A DNA stretch of 64,000 bases, from the NCBI RefSeq assembly GCF_009914755.1, contig NC_060935.1. One strand, 5' to 3'. Below, one piece after another: positions 15,395 to 31,064 of this stretch. Every line of letters starts with the position of its first letter. Within the stretch, counting starts at the first letter, position 1. Source of the DNA: the human T2T-CHM13v2.0 reference genome, Homo sapiens. Under the pieces are notes generated by a model. The model made no database searches. It saw only the letters and a program-made list of their open reading frames with translations, and was not told where the DNA came from. Position numbers and translations under genes: made by a program.

Positions 15395-18300
15395 GTTGAT
15401 ACAGGAAGTAGTTCAAGATGAAATTTGAGAGTAGAATCATTCACCACTAGCATGGCATTAAGGAACATACCCCTGGTAGTAGGTAGTTCAAAGTTGAAGT
15501 CAAATTGTTAAAATAATGTGGTGATGAATTGAAATTATCCCAGTAGGAGGAAATGCACAAGTAAATGTAATACTTCAGGCATTGAAGAGTTATATAAACA
15601 AAAATAGCAATAAATTAACTGATTAAGTGGCTACTGCCAAGCACCAATGATGCTCTACAGAAGATATGAAACATATGAGGGCAATAAACAGGCAATTGAA
15701 AGCCAGGTGTTAAAAAAAAAGCATCATTTAGCTGCATATGAAGAAACCTAATCTCCTGCAGAGAAAAAGTAGAGAAGGCCAAAAATCAAATACAGGAATT
15801 TGTATTCTGAAAAAATAAACATGAAATAAAATTAAATGCCCAACAAAGACAGCTTTAATATTCCAAGCTTATGTCCCTCCTGGGGAAATGCTGGGCTATT
15901 GAATATGACATAGAGATATAGAGAATAGCCCTGAAAATTCTGACTCCTTGAATTTTTAGCCTACAAAAGTCTTCATTCTTCTCTAGCGAAAGCCAGCACG
16001 TTTTCCTTGTTAGTTAACAATACAGAAGCTTTTCTTCCCCAAATAAATAACTGAACCCATACCCTCTCCATTCCTGGTCACAAGTCAGGTCAATAAATAA
16101 TGTTATGTAGCATTAGGCCCTGGCATGGAGTGGGCTGGTTCTGATAGGAAAGTTAAAATTTGTACCTCAAAAAAGCCAGTGTAATACACATGATAATATA
16201 TTCTCAAAATGCTTGATCAAGGGAGTTGGAACATAACATTAGATAGGAAGATTATTGATTTGGTTGCACTGTCCCAAGATTCCCTAGACTCTGGCAAGAA
16301 ACCTAGAAAATGGTATGAATCTATTATTAGGATCACTTCTAGAATGGAACAAGTGACTTATACTGAGAAAAGATGAAATTTTGGAATATCCATTAGTGGA
16401 GCAGAAAGCTAATGGAGGTACTTATATTAGAATAAATATACTATGCATGTTCTGGAAGAACTAATAGATGTTGTATTCCATGAGGAGTCATAGGTTATAC
16501 ATTATTTACCAAAACCATTTAATATGTTGGTGAGAAGGCACAAGCATCACTCGGAATTCAGTGATGTTTCTCTTCTGTAGGTCAAGACTAACGGGTGGAC
16601 TAATTTTTAGCCTACAAAAGTCTTAGATAATCTGGCTCACTGAGAGCAATGGAGGTAATAGAATCAAGCTTCCTCTCAACAGGGGGCAGGGGGCATCACT
16701 TAATCACACACTTCAGGTGAATACAATTATTACAATTCCCAGGAAGGTGAGAGTGTGAGTCAAGAGGTCGTGGACCACAGAGAATTACAGAGAAATATAA
16801 TGGACACGGCATCCTGAGGGAAAAATAGATTGGTAGCATTAAGTGTATTCCTCTTATTGTGCCAGTAAAAAAATAATCAAGTATTAATAACCAATAGCTT
16901 GATAGTAGTTAACTCAATAAGAATGATCTTAATGTAGTCATTGGATCTTGGGTCTAAAGAACCAGCTCAATCCTGAGTAAGTATTGGACCCAAGGTCAAT
17001 GATGGAAATATGTCTATGTCCCCAGGAGATAGAAACTTGTTAGACTAAGTATACATTATAATGAATTCCTCAGTTATTTCTCCAAGGAATTTAGGATCAT
17101 TTATCTGCTAATTGCACAAAGGGGAAGAGGGAATAGTTAGACATTGTAAGTAATCTTGGACGTGAGGACTGAGTTGAATTTGAAACTCAGAAACTCAAAG
17201 TGTCAACATGATATCTCTCTGAAAGTGGAGTCATGTGAGATTCAGGTAATAAATGGAATCCTAGACAAGGTATGCTTTGTAAAGGGTTTACTTGGTTTGT
17301 AAACCCACCTATTGGCCATTTTCCTCTTCCATAAATGTACAATTGGTTTTGACATATTTGGTCATCCATAAATATACAATTGGTTTTGCAATATTTGGTA
17401 GGTGGTGCAACTCAAACATTGCTCTCTTTTTCTTTTGGAAAAGACCTATCATAGCAGGGAAGGGCAAATAAAAGGCTCTGAAACTACTTCCTCTAATCAA
17501 GCAATATTTTATCTCTCAGAGCATGACAGAGTTGGTATTACTCTTAAAGATATAACTATGGCGGTCTCCACTTAATTCCTGAGTCTGCTTCTATAGAAAA
17601 CAGAGTACTACTAAAAGATGAATGCAGATCACTTCAAGTTCACCCAAATAGTAGCTTTGATTGCAGCAGCCTTATAATAACATGGCTAGGACAGATTACT
17701 ATGACTTCAAGTATATATCATGTGGCCATTAATATGGCAAACTCATCATTTTCTACCCTAATCAATAATGAGGAACAGAATGAGTGTGCGCTTTCATAGA
17801 AAAGACAACAATATTTTTCCTCTTGGCCATGATAACTCTCCTACCTTCCTTTGCAGTATACTTTGAAAAAGTCTGAACAGTGTGGGTATTCTGAAAAATA
17901 ACACATATACTTATTGCATTGATAATATTATGTTAATCTGGCCTGATGAGCAAGATATAGCTAACAAGCTGAAGGTCTTGTTATGACTCAAATACTGAAG
18001 TGTGTAGGAGAGAACCATACTGATATATTTAAGGGCCCCAAAAGGTCAGAGGCATGTCAGAACATCCCATATAAATGACAGACATTTTTGTGTTATTTGT
18101 ATAACACATTTTTGTGTTATTTGTATTTTAGTATTTTACACCTTCTACTACAAAGAAGAAAGCACAATGCTTGTTAGAGTTTTTTAGGTTTTGTGGAAAA
18201 TACATTCAACATATTTGGATATTACTCTGGCCCATATACTGGGTGAAATAAAAGGCTTCCAACTTTGGGTGTGGCCTGGAAAAATAAAATAATATTCAGT

Positions 18301-20507
18301 AGTTCCAGACTGTGATGCAAGTAGTCCTAAATGTTATGCCATACAAGCTGGCATATGACATATGATTCAATATATTCCATGTGGAGTTTGTGGTAAGTGC
18401 CCATGAGAAAATTATAATGCTGACCCATGCGGTTCTAGACAAAGCCATGCCATCTGGAGTGAGAAGAATAATACTTTTTTTTTTTTTTTTTTTTTTTGGC
18501 AAAACAGTTCCTGTTATGCTATAAAGTGCTGGCAGACTTAACTCCTGAAACACCAAATGGCTATTTGGCCAGAACCACTCATAAACTTTTGTGGCTGAGC
18601 TACTAACTATTGTAAAAAGGAGGCATTATACCTGAGATTGTGTGCACACACATGACCAGGGGTTTCAGCAAACTATATGAGCAGGTAACCCGGACCCCCA
18701 TGGGACTTACCACTCCTACCAATGTTCATTCTTCAATCTATACTTACAACTTATAGGTAATCTCAAGTATCCCCCTGGTGGAAATAAGCCTGAACTAATT
18801 TTATAGATAAGTCAATTCCATACATGAGTGCAAACTGAAAAACACATATCCACACTAAAGGTGACCTTGAAAGACAGTGGAAAGGAAAATTCTTTCCATT
18901 GGGCAGAAGTTCAAACATTGCATGTGTCTTTCAACCTTGTGTGAAAAGAGAAGCTTACCCAAATTTAGAACATATGCTCACTCATATTCATGGAAAATGA
19001 CTTCTTGGCTAGTCAGAGGGCTAAACAAAAATATTTGAAGATTATAAATAAGTAGGTTCAGGAAATAGGCATATGGATAGATATATGGGCTTGGGCACAA
19101 AGTATAAAAATCTTTGTATCCTATATGAATGCCCATAATAGAGCATCTACTGTGATAGAGGCACTAAATACCCAAATAGATAGAATGATCTGTCCTGGTG
19201 GTATCAGCCACAGTGCCCATGGCCACTCCAGTAATAGCATAATAGGAAACTGGACCAACTGACCAAAATGGTGGAGATTGAAGAGATACATGAGCCTAAA
19301 AGCATGAATTCCCATTATCAAGTCTAATTTAGTTACTGTTGCTTCCACATGTCTAAAAACTGCTGGCTAGTAGACACCAGTGCTGAGCCTCTGATATAGA
19401 ACTTCTCTTTGATATGACTAATCAGCCACTTGGTGTCAAGTTGATTATATGGGTCTCTTAATAGTTCCTGAGGTTTTTTTTCCTCAGGAATAGACACATA
19501 TTCCATATATGACTATAATTTTCTTTCTCATGGGCTTCTAGGTAGCACCACTATCTGAAGATTTATTTAGTCTTTGATCCACTAGCGTGAGAGCTGATAT
19601 AATATTGCTCCAGACCAAGGAGGCATTTTACAGCCAAGGGGGTCTGTGAGACAGCCCATGATCATGATCATGAGATCTGTTGGTCATATCACATGTCAAC
19701 CAAAACCAGGTGACCCGATAAAACATTGTAACAACCTGCTAAAGTCAAAGCTCAACCACCATATCAGAGGCAGTACTTTTTAAGGATGGATTGACACTGC
19801 ATAGGATGCATATACACATTAAAGGAAAGATATAGGGTGCTGTCTCCCCAGTGCAGAAAATATATGGATTCTGGAACCACCAGGTGTTTGTAGTAATGCC
19901 CCACACTCCATAATTTCCTGTGAACCACTTGGGATCATTGTACTCCCATCCCTGCAACTCTGGTTGTGTAATACTAGAAATGCCATTCCCTAATGAAAGA
20001 AAGATTTTGCTAGAGGCTATGTGTTAATCTGGATTATAATCTATGGCTCCTGCTTGGACATTTTGCATCAATGGATTAGCAAGCAAGACAAGAAACTACT
20101 GCTTAGTAAAGGTAATAGATTTTAATAATCAGAAGGAAGCAGGGCTGCAATTTCATAGTAGGGGCAAAAAGGAATGCGTGTATGAGACTCAAATGATTCC
20201 CATTGCTGTCTCTTTATACCTTTATATTCATTCATGACTGTAAATGAAGAGGTACAATCATGCCAGCTTGGGAAGTGTATGGTAGACAGGGCTTTAAATA
20301 CCTTGGGGATAAAGAACTTCAAAAGGTGTTTGCTGACAAAGGGGGATCTGAAATGGAGAATACAAGAGGGAAATCTGTGTGTCAATTGAAGCACTGAGAA
20401 AAACTCTAGTCACCTTTTTATCACCTTTCATTTTCATGTTTTCTCTCAGGAAGAGGACCAAAAACCCTAGAGGGTCAGACACTCAAATATATAGAGAAAA
20501 GTGGATT
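15395..20507 (+). pseudogene. HERV16/ERV-L internal region: dead gag-pro-pol-dUTPase, no env
   Basis: Translated motifs: LDVRTEL (~17156, protease LDTGSEL); VAINMANSSFSTLI (17722, RT AIDLANAFFSIP); YCIDNIMLIWPDEQ (17912, RT YIDDIML); DSGKENSFHWAEV (18873, RNase H); WCQVDYMGLL (19431), GIDTYS (19487) and NIAPDQG (19601, integrase); VIDFNNQKEAGLQFHSRGKKECV (dUTPase). PPT-like agagaaaagtggat before the 3' LTR. Confidence 0.88.
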
Positions 20508-20922
20508 TGAGTAGACTTTCTTATGCTGACCATATCCATGTTCAAGAAAGTAGTTGCTGTCCAAGGGTGGAGAGAGAAGTATGCAGACAATATATAGGTG
20601 TGTGCTCCCCAGGGTCATTCTATTCAGGAGATGATCATTTCCCTCAATGCCATGTACTTCTCAGGGGAGCTTGCAGACAGTGATTTAGAGAGGCAGAGGT
20701 GTAAAGCCCTGCCATTTCAGCCTGTCTCAGGACAACTCTAACATGCTATATTCACTCCAGAAATCCCTTCGTGGTTTTTGAAGGCTTAGTTTAGTCTGTT
20801 TCAAAACTCAACTTCTTCTTGTTTGATCCTGTTTTCACACTGTTTGTGGATTCAATGTCTAATAGCATCCTATAGCCAATCTCCATCTCATGGTTACATT
20901 CTGGAAAAAACAACATAGAATA
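20508..20922 (+). mobile_element. 3' LTR of ERV-L provirus (LTR16A-like)
   Basis: Starts TG after the PPT; caggacaactctaac...ctccag; aactcaacttcttcttgtttgatcctg; ccaatctccatctca. Confidence 0.8.
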
Positions 20923-22679
20923 GTATGCTACCTCTTTTGGATACATTGGATGACTAGCCTTCTGCTAAAAGAAACAAATAGATGTCTCTTTATATAAAAG
21001 GTTATTAAATTTGAGATCATGGTTGGATCTTAGAAGGCCAGGGAATTCTAACCTATTTCAGGTAAGTGGTGTATAGATTTATGTAGTGGTGATTTACCTG
21101 TGTTTATTGCATGTTAATTTTTTCCAAGAATAGGAAGCACATATATTTACAAGAAGGAATACATAATTTTTACTCAATTGCCAAACTGTGTGTGATTAAA
21201 ATAAGTTTGATTTACTGCCGTATATGCAGAAAGTATATTTTTTGATGATCTTAAATATCTAACTGCTTCAGAGATGACAGATAATAATTTAAACAGTTGA
21301 ACATTTGTTCTATATATGTTCCAATAAATTAATAACATTTTTATTAACACTATGTGCAGATATAGAATTGAGGATAAAATGTTCATGAGCTGAGGGAAGT
21401 GTAAGAAAAACGGTGAATAAACCTCCTTCAGAAACTTCCACTAGAGATGTTTACCATATGGTTTTGTTTATATTATTTTATCTGTGAGGATACACAATAT
21501 TTTTTTCACAAATAAGAAAAAGATGTTTTTTGATGTAGCCAGGAAGCATTTTGAAAGCATTTTCTGGCTTATGCTGCCAAAATTGAATTTGCTTCATATA
21601 TTTGAGAATACCAGAGGCTAATTTCTTGGTAATTTTATTAATAAGTTACAGAATGTAAATTATATTCATTATGTTATTGAAGCTATTTCAAGATGTCTGA
21701 GGGTTTGGCAGTTACTTTCATACCCTGTAGCTTCCTGGACTTAGTAATTAATCAGCTTTGACTGCTCCAGATGTAACTGACTTTGAAGAATAATCTCACA
21801 AAAGATCACAATCACACAGATGCATTAGTTGTTTAGCATTCTTGTTTTTAAGATTTAAATAATCTTAGAGTCTTCATTTAAATTATTAAAATAAGTATAA
21901 ATGTATTTTTATGCAAAGATTAGAATTTGCATAAGGATTAGAATTTCTTTGTTCAGTCCACTATTTTCCAATAGAAAGTAATAGTCACCGTATACTAATA
22001 TGAATAACATTTTTAATTAACGTGCAAAGAACGCTAGAATTAATTTCAGTGATGCAGCACTGTAATGACATTCAATAAAAGAAACAAGGAAACTACTGAA
22101 GGTTATAGATACATATTTTCCAATTATTCTGACCATCTTCTATTCTTTCAAAAGAGGTGTGCTTCACTGATATTTGAATGTAAAAAGCTATGTTTAAATT
22201 GAAGAAGTTTCTGGAAATCTTGTCAGTAACATTGTCCTCAGAAAATACTTAAATATAACCCAAACATACATAACATTGAGTGAAATAAATCCAGACTTTC
22301 AAAAATAGTAAAAATTATCTAGTGATAGGGGTCCTGACAGGTGGCTATCTTCTCCCTTTATTATAGAGGAACAAATAAAATCAACTCAAAAAAGTCTATT
22401 TTAGTAGTAAAAAAAATAATCTGTCAGTAGAACGTTATTCTAGCTCCAGAGGAAAAACAGTTAATTTTCAAAGAGCCGATTATGGAATTTCCACAATATG
22501 GTGGAAATATAAGGCCAGCCTCACATACAGGCCAGCCTGGGGAATCATGGGCTGACATCACAGAAAATAATGTATTCTCCTAAGGAAAAACAAAACATAT
22601 CTTTGTATTCTGGGATGGCCTCACTTTATCTTTATAACATCTTCAGTTGCAGATAGCAGGAAAGAGGCATTAATAAAAG

Positions 22680-23130
22680 GTAATGATTCACACATTTTAG
22701 CACTACTTTACAGTTGGGAAGCCTGAGACTTCTTGAGCACATGTGCTGACCCAGTGCAGCATTGTATTCCAACCAGGCAAGTCAATGGCAAAGGCAAGAC
22801 AACAGCCCAGCTTCCAGCATTCTGTCCTAACCAGAGTCCTAACAAATTCTTTCCTCCTCCAGTATCTACCATCAAAAATACCACTTATGTCTCTAGTTGT
22901 TAAAATCTATTTTATACTGTGAAATGTTTATTTTTATTCTGTATTGTGTGTACTGTTAGATGCTTTCACATGTTGTGTTTAATCACTGTGAGATCCTGAA
23001 TAGATTATGCTTATTGTCCCTATTACTCAGACAAGAAACAAATAGACAAAAGTTAGATGCACAGCCAGAAAAACATTATTTGTAGGAGTATAGGGATGGC
23101 ATACAGATCTGACTCAGCGTCCTTTTCTCC
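22680..23130 (-). mobile_element. Two degenerate MIR-family fragments
   Basis: cacattttagcactactttacagtt; gatgctttcacatg...tattgtccctattactcagacaagaaac...gatctgactc. Confidence 0.5.
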
Positions 23131-23260
23131 TGAATATAAAAATCTGCCACTTTACATCCATTTATATATACAAATTTAGGGATACTCATTTTGAATTGCT
23201 ATCTTTTCCTGGGAAATTAAACATTATAAACATTGTAAAATAATCTATTTCTAGTAATGA

Positions 23261-23736
<476 letters not shown>

Positions 23737-24719
23737 TAGGTGCCTTAACTAAATTTAATCACTGATATACCTTTTTCCATCTTTTTTGATGGACCACTTA
23801 AAAGACATATTACATTTTCACTGTATTTCTTTCATGGTTACGTACTTATTTACTATTTTGTCTGGTGGTTACACAAAGGTTCAAACTTGTATCTTTATCT
23901 TATGAAACTCTAATGTTGAGTGATATTATTCTCTTCTTCCTGCAAAAGAAAAATATTTTTACCTACTTTCTAACATCTATGCTATTTTTCATGTAATTTA
24001 TGTCTATAGTATTTAAACCCTAGTAGATATTACTATTTATATTATATATAGTCAATAGTCATTTAGATTATCCCATATATTTAGCCTTTCATTGATGTTA
24101 TATTATTTTCTGTATCTCTGAAATTTCCTTTGAAATTACAACCCTCTGCAGGAGAAATATCCTTTAGTAGTTTCCTTGGTGCAGGTTTGCTGGTTGCAAA
24201 ACCTCTATTTTTGTTTTAACATTCCTAAAACTGTATTTTGTTCTTGGTGTACATTTTCATTAAATGTTAAATTCTAGGCTAGCAGTTTTGTTTTTTAAGC
24301 ACTTTAAAGGTATCATGGCATTATCTATTGGACTCAACCGATTACGTTGTAAAGTCATCTGCAACTCTACTCATTGCTCTTATAAATGTATTATCCACTT
24401 ATTTTATCACTACTTTTGACATTTTTTTCTTTGTCCTTATGCTCAGTAATATATCATAGTGTTGTGTTTTAATGTGGATTTATTTTTGTTTACAATTTGC
24501 ATTAGGTTTCTTTATTTTGTGGATTCCTGTCTTATATCAGATTCTGAAAGTTTTTGACAAATATTTCTTGCAATGTTTTTCATCTTCATAATCACTTTCC
24601 CCTCTTTCCAGGACTCAAATTGCTTATGTTGGTCATATTCATTGTGTATAACTTTCTAACCATTACTCATCTAATTACGACACGGTAGCAGTCAGTGAGA
24701 AAAAAACTGTACCACGATT

Positions 24720-24930
24720 TTCATACTACTTGAAAATTGATGTCATTAGACATTAAATTTTCTTACCACAAACAAATGATAAGTATATGAGGTGACTGAT
24801 ATATTACTTTCATTTAGTTATTTTGCCATGTATCAAAATATCATCAAATGTATCAAAATATCATGCTGTACACCATAAATATGTACAATTGTAATTGTAT
24901 AGCATACCTTAGTGAAGCTTGGAGAGAAAA
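24720..24930 (+). mobile_element. L1MA/L1MB 3' terminal fragment
   Basis: tacttgaaaattg...ttaccacaaacaaatgataagtatatgaggtgac...catgctgtacaccataaatatgtacaatt. Confidence 0.8.
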
Positions 24931-26795
24931 AGTGTTGCTAAAACTGTTGGACCTCTTTGAGGAACAATAAAAGTAACAGCCTCCTAGAAGTTTCCTTCTT
25001 AGTCTTTAACTTTTTCGTTTTCTTTATTTTTGATAGATCAAATATCATGGGACTAAATGATGTTAAAAACAGGTTGATTAAACTCTTCAATTATCTGATG
25101 AGAAAAAATTCTAGCAAGATCAAATGGGATGGGAAATGCTTTCTAAGCATTTCATGAAGAAGCTGGAGTTTGAGGTTCAATCTCTACAGTGATAAGCTCT
25201 AATCCAGTAATTATCTAAAATCCCATGTGCTTTCCTAAATACTTATTCTGAAGTGATAGACCTGAAGATCACCTTGGTAAGACAAGATTTTGAGCCTCTT
25301 TGGATTCAGTTTCTGCCTTTTTATTTGCGGTCAGTTAACTAGTTAGCATTTATTAATTGTCTTTTGTTTGTACCAGAGGTTCTAGGTTTATAATGTTTAT
25401 TGGTGATTATCTAAGCTTAGAGTAGAAAAAATAAATAGGGTGTGTTCTCTGGCCATGAATAAAGTAGTATCACCAAATATGTTTGTCAGAATTCCCAGAA
25501 ATGGAAAAGTTTACATGTAAAAGTGTCGAAAGCCTTTGAAATATTGTCTGGGTGTTCATAATCCAAAGCATGGAAAAATAGTCACTTAATCCTCCAGTAG
25601 TAGGGTTTTGTTTCTCAGATTTTAGTTAGACATTTTCACATTTAAATTTTACTAATACATTTAATAATTTTTATTGAGTGCCTACTCTCTGCCAGACAAC
25701 CAATGAAGAAATATGTATGTGCTTATTGTTAACATATTAATAGAGTTTACAGATCAAAAATGAAAAGGCCTTTTCTAACCATTTTTACTAATTTTCTGAT
25801 GAGAAATAAAGGTCTCTGTAGGCATTGATGCAATGGATAAGGCTTTCAGAATTCTTGAAAGGGCTCTATTATGTATGGTTATGTTGTAACTTGACCTATT
25901 TTTCCAGTTCTGTCTCTTCACAAAGCCTTTTATTTTCTGCATTTGATTGCAGGAAGGTTGTAACTTTGATAATATCCTTTACCTTGATTTATTCTTTGTT
26001 AGAAATACTAAAGAGGTTGTAGCTCTTAGTTACCTGCTGATATCCAAAAAGATGTCAAGTTCCTTGTAATTAATTACTTACCCTCTGTGGCACATTAAAA
26101 AAAATGTTTTTTTTTAAATGATCAGAGAAAGTGCATAGAAATAACCCATTAAAAAAAAAGAAAAAAGCTTAAGAAGTCAGGTGGGCTCTTTATTAGGCCA
26201 TAAAGAAGCTAAAGACTTTGTTTAGATACATCAAGAAAAATATAAAGCAGATGTAAAGTTGGGGAATATAGTTCAGCAAATTGATCATTTCCTTAAGGAT
26301 GTCAAGGACAAATGTTGCCAGATTTTTTGACATGCTTGACCAACTCCTTTGGCTTATTAAATTTATGTTTGTTTATTTATTAAGAGATAGCCAGAACACT
26401 AGTAATTTGAAGAGTTAATTGAGGCCAGAATAACCACAGTGCTAAGGCTTAGAAAACTTACAGTCTAATTATGAAGTTTACAATGAATGTTAATGATTGA
26501 TATATAGTTGAGGTCATACAAGTTAGAAGACTGAAAAAAAAAAAGAAAAGAAAACAGAAAAGGCTTATGTGTAAAAGCTACAATTGCCAAAATATTGGTT
26601 ACATTTTTATTGTCCAAAATAATGAGAGGTATCCGATATGAATATACAAATTAAATGTAGCTCCTACCTTCAATATAATATAATAGATTAAGTTGATAAG
26701 CAGCCATAACTGATATCATGGCACTAATAATCAAATAACACTGGGTTTTTGACAGATAATGACACACATTCTCATGTAATTGTTACAGTTACTCT

Positions 26796-27301
26796 GTAGA
26801 ATAAGTATCATTATGGCCTACACTGTTGGGATCCTGCACAAAATACATTTCCCTTTCTTGTGGCCTCCCTATGTAATGGAAAAGGATTGTTAAATCCAAT
26901 CTCAACAACTATGTTTCTTGATTTAGGGTTGGCCATGTGACTAAGTTCTGAACAATGATATCTAACTGGAAATCTGTTAGTAAGAGTGGGTTGCAGTCTT
27001 GAAAAGTTTTGTTTTCCTGATAAAAGGGAAGATCCATCGCTGGTACCTGTAACCCTCATGTGAAAATCTGGAGATTCAGCAGCCATCTTGTGACTATTAA
27101 AGGATAAAAGGAAGACAAATGCCAGTTCACTAAGGATGGTGGGGAAAAAATAAAGTTGCAGGTTGTATTTCTTCTGACACCAAACGACATTCGAATAAAA
27201 AATGGCAAATATTCCTAATGAGAAAAATCCATCTACATTTGTTTAAGCAGCTGTTACTTAGATATTTTGTTTCTTGTAGCTAAATACATTTCTGACAAAC
27301 A
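26796..27301 (+). mobile_element. Old MaLR LTR (MLT1J/K/L-like)
   Basis: ggccatgtgactaagttctgaacaatga; gcagccatcttgtgac; gtttaagcagctgttact...ttgtagctaaatacatttctgacaaaca. Confidence 0.8.
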
Positions 27302-27668
27302 ATAATTTGTCTGACTTTTGATGTTATATTGTTCACTATGGCCTTAAGTGGAGGCTGTAATAATTTAGCCTCCAAGGTTGTTCCCATCTTTATTTTGTTT
27401 AGATCTACTTTTTCGTTACTTTAAATGGAAACCTCATCTTGTTGGAGCGAATGTGTAACGAGTTTGGGGATGATACTCTTGTCTCCTTCCATTAAGACCC
27501 TTTTTTTCATTTGTTTACATTTATTTCTGGGTTTCTACATGGTAGTCTAAGATTCTTAGAATTTTTAAAAATAATCAAAAAATTTAATATCAGGCTTATG
27601 GCTAACTATATTTTTAATGTATATGTGTGTATTTTGCATACTTTTATTTCATATCCTAAAGAATTTGA

Positions 27669-27963
<295 letters not shown>

Positions 27964-28413
27964 TGAGACTATTTAAAAGAAATATATTCAGTAAAAGGAC
28001 AAATACACACGTAAAGTACAAAATTAGGAGCCTAGAGAGTTACAGGTGGATTGTGGAGAATAAACTGCAAATATGCAAGTCACATGTTTACAAAAAGTTC
28101 TTAACATTGAGCTCTAAATATGGTTTTCATAGATAGTATTTATTGAATGCCTATTATGTACCAGATATTTGCACTATAGAATGTAGCCCAGCCTACTTTC
28201 TTCCAAAACACACATGAGCAGTCCAGTTTCCAAGAGACAGTTCATTCTTAGATTCAGCCAGTGCTAGGAAACTGACTATATCACAGTTAATTTTCCACTT
28301 AAAATTAGAAGTTTGTTTCAATTTAACCATAATTTAGGTCATGTGTGATCTTTTGGGAAGTATTCAAGTGGATTAAAAGTTATGGGTAGTGGTGTATATT
28401 CTATACATCAATA

Positions 28414-28432
28414 TGTGTGTGTGTGTGTGTGT
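28414..28432. repeat. (TG)n microsatellite
   Basis: Direct observation. Confidence 0.9.
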
Positions 28433-29157
28433 AAAATCTATTCAGTAGGTCTCTAAATCTCCATTTTACAGTGTTATCAAGAAAAAGATTCTGGTTTTGT
28501 CTGGCCTGGATTCCTCTTTCACATAATGCTGAAGTCCTCTTTGGCTGCTGAGAATTCAGTCTCTATACCACAGGTGCAAAAATTCTTAAAATTCTTATAT
28601 CAGAAATGCTATCACTATTTGCTTTATCAAAAATTTTGCAAACAGGTAATGTAAACCCTACAATGTCTCCTTTCCTAAAGATTGTTTTAGGTCTTTAGAA
28701 CTTCAGCATAAATTTTATAATTGACTGAGAAATTACTAAAACATAATCTGCAGGGACTTGAACTATGAATAAATTTGAGAAAATTGACATATTAACAACA
28801 TTTAGTCACCTGATATAAGAACATATTATTTAGTTTTAAAAAATGTTTTCTGGGAATGTTCTATAGATTACCATTTACAGAAAACATACACTTATTGTCA
28901 CATATATTTCAAAGTATTTCACATTTGGAAGAACTATACTTAGACGTTATTAAAATTAAGATTTCTGGATGTTTCATTACTGTTATAAAAATGCAATAAA
29001 AATTTACTGTTATACAAATGCCATAAAATTTTCAATTAAAATATTTCTTTTTTGTTACTACAAAAATAATACATTTATTGATGAGAAACCATAAAGCACA
29101 AAATACTTTTTAAAGTGCTTATAACTCTTCTCACCCAGAAGTCATTGTGATGTATAA

Positions 29158-31064
<1,907 letters not shown>

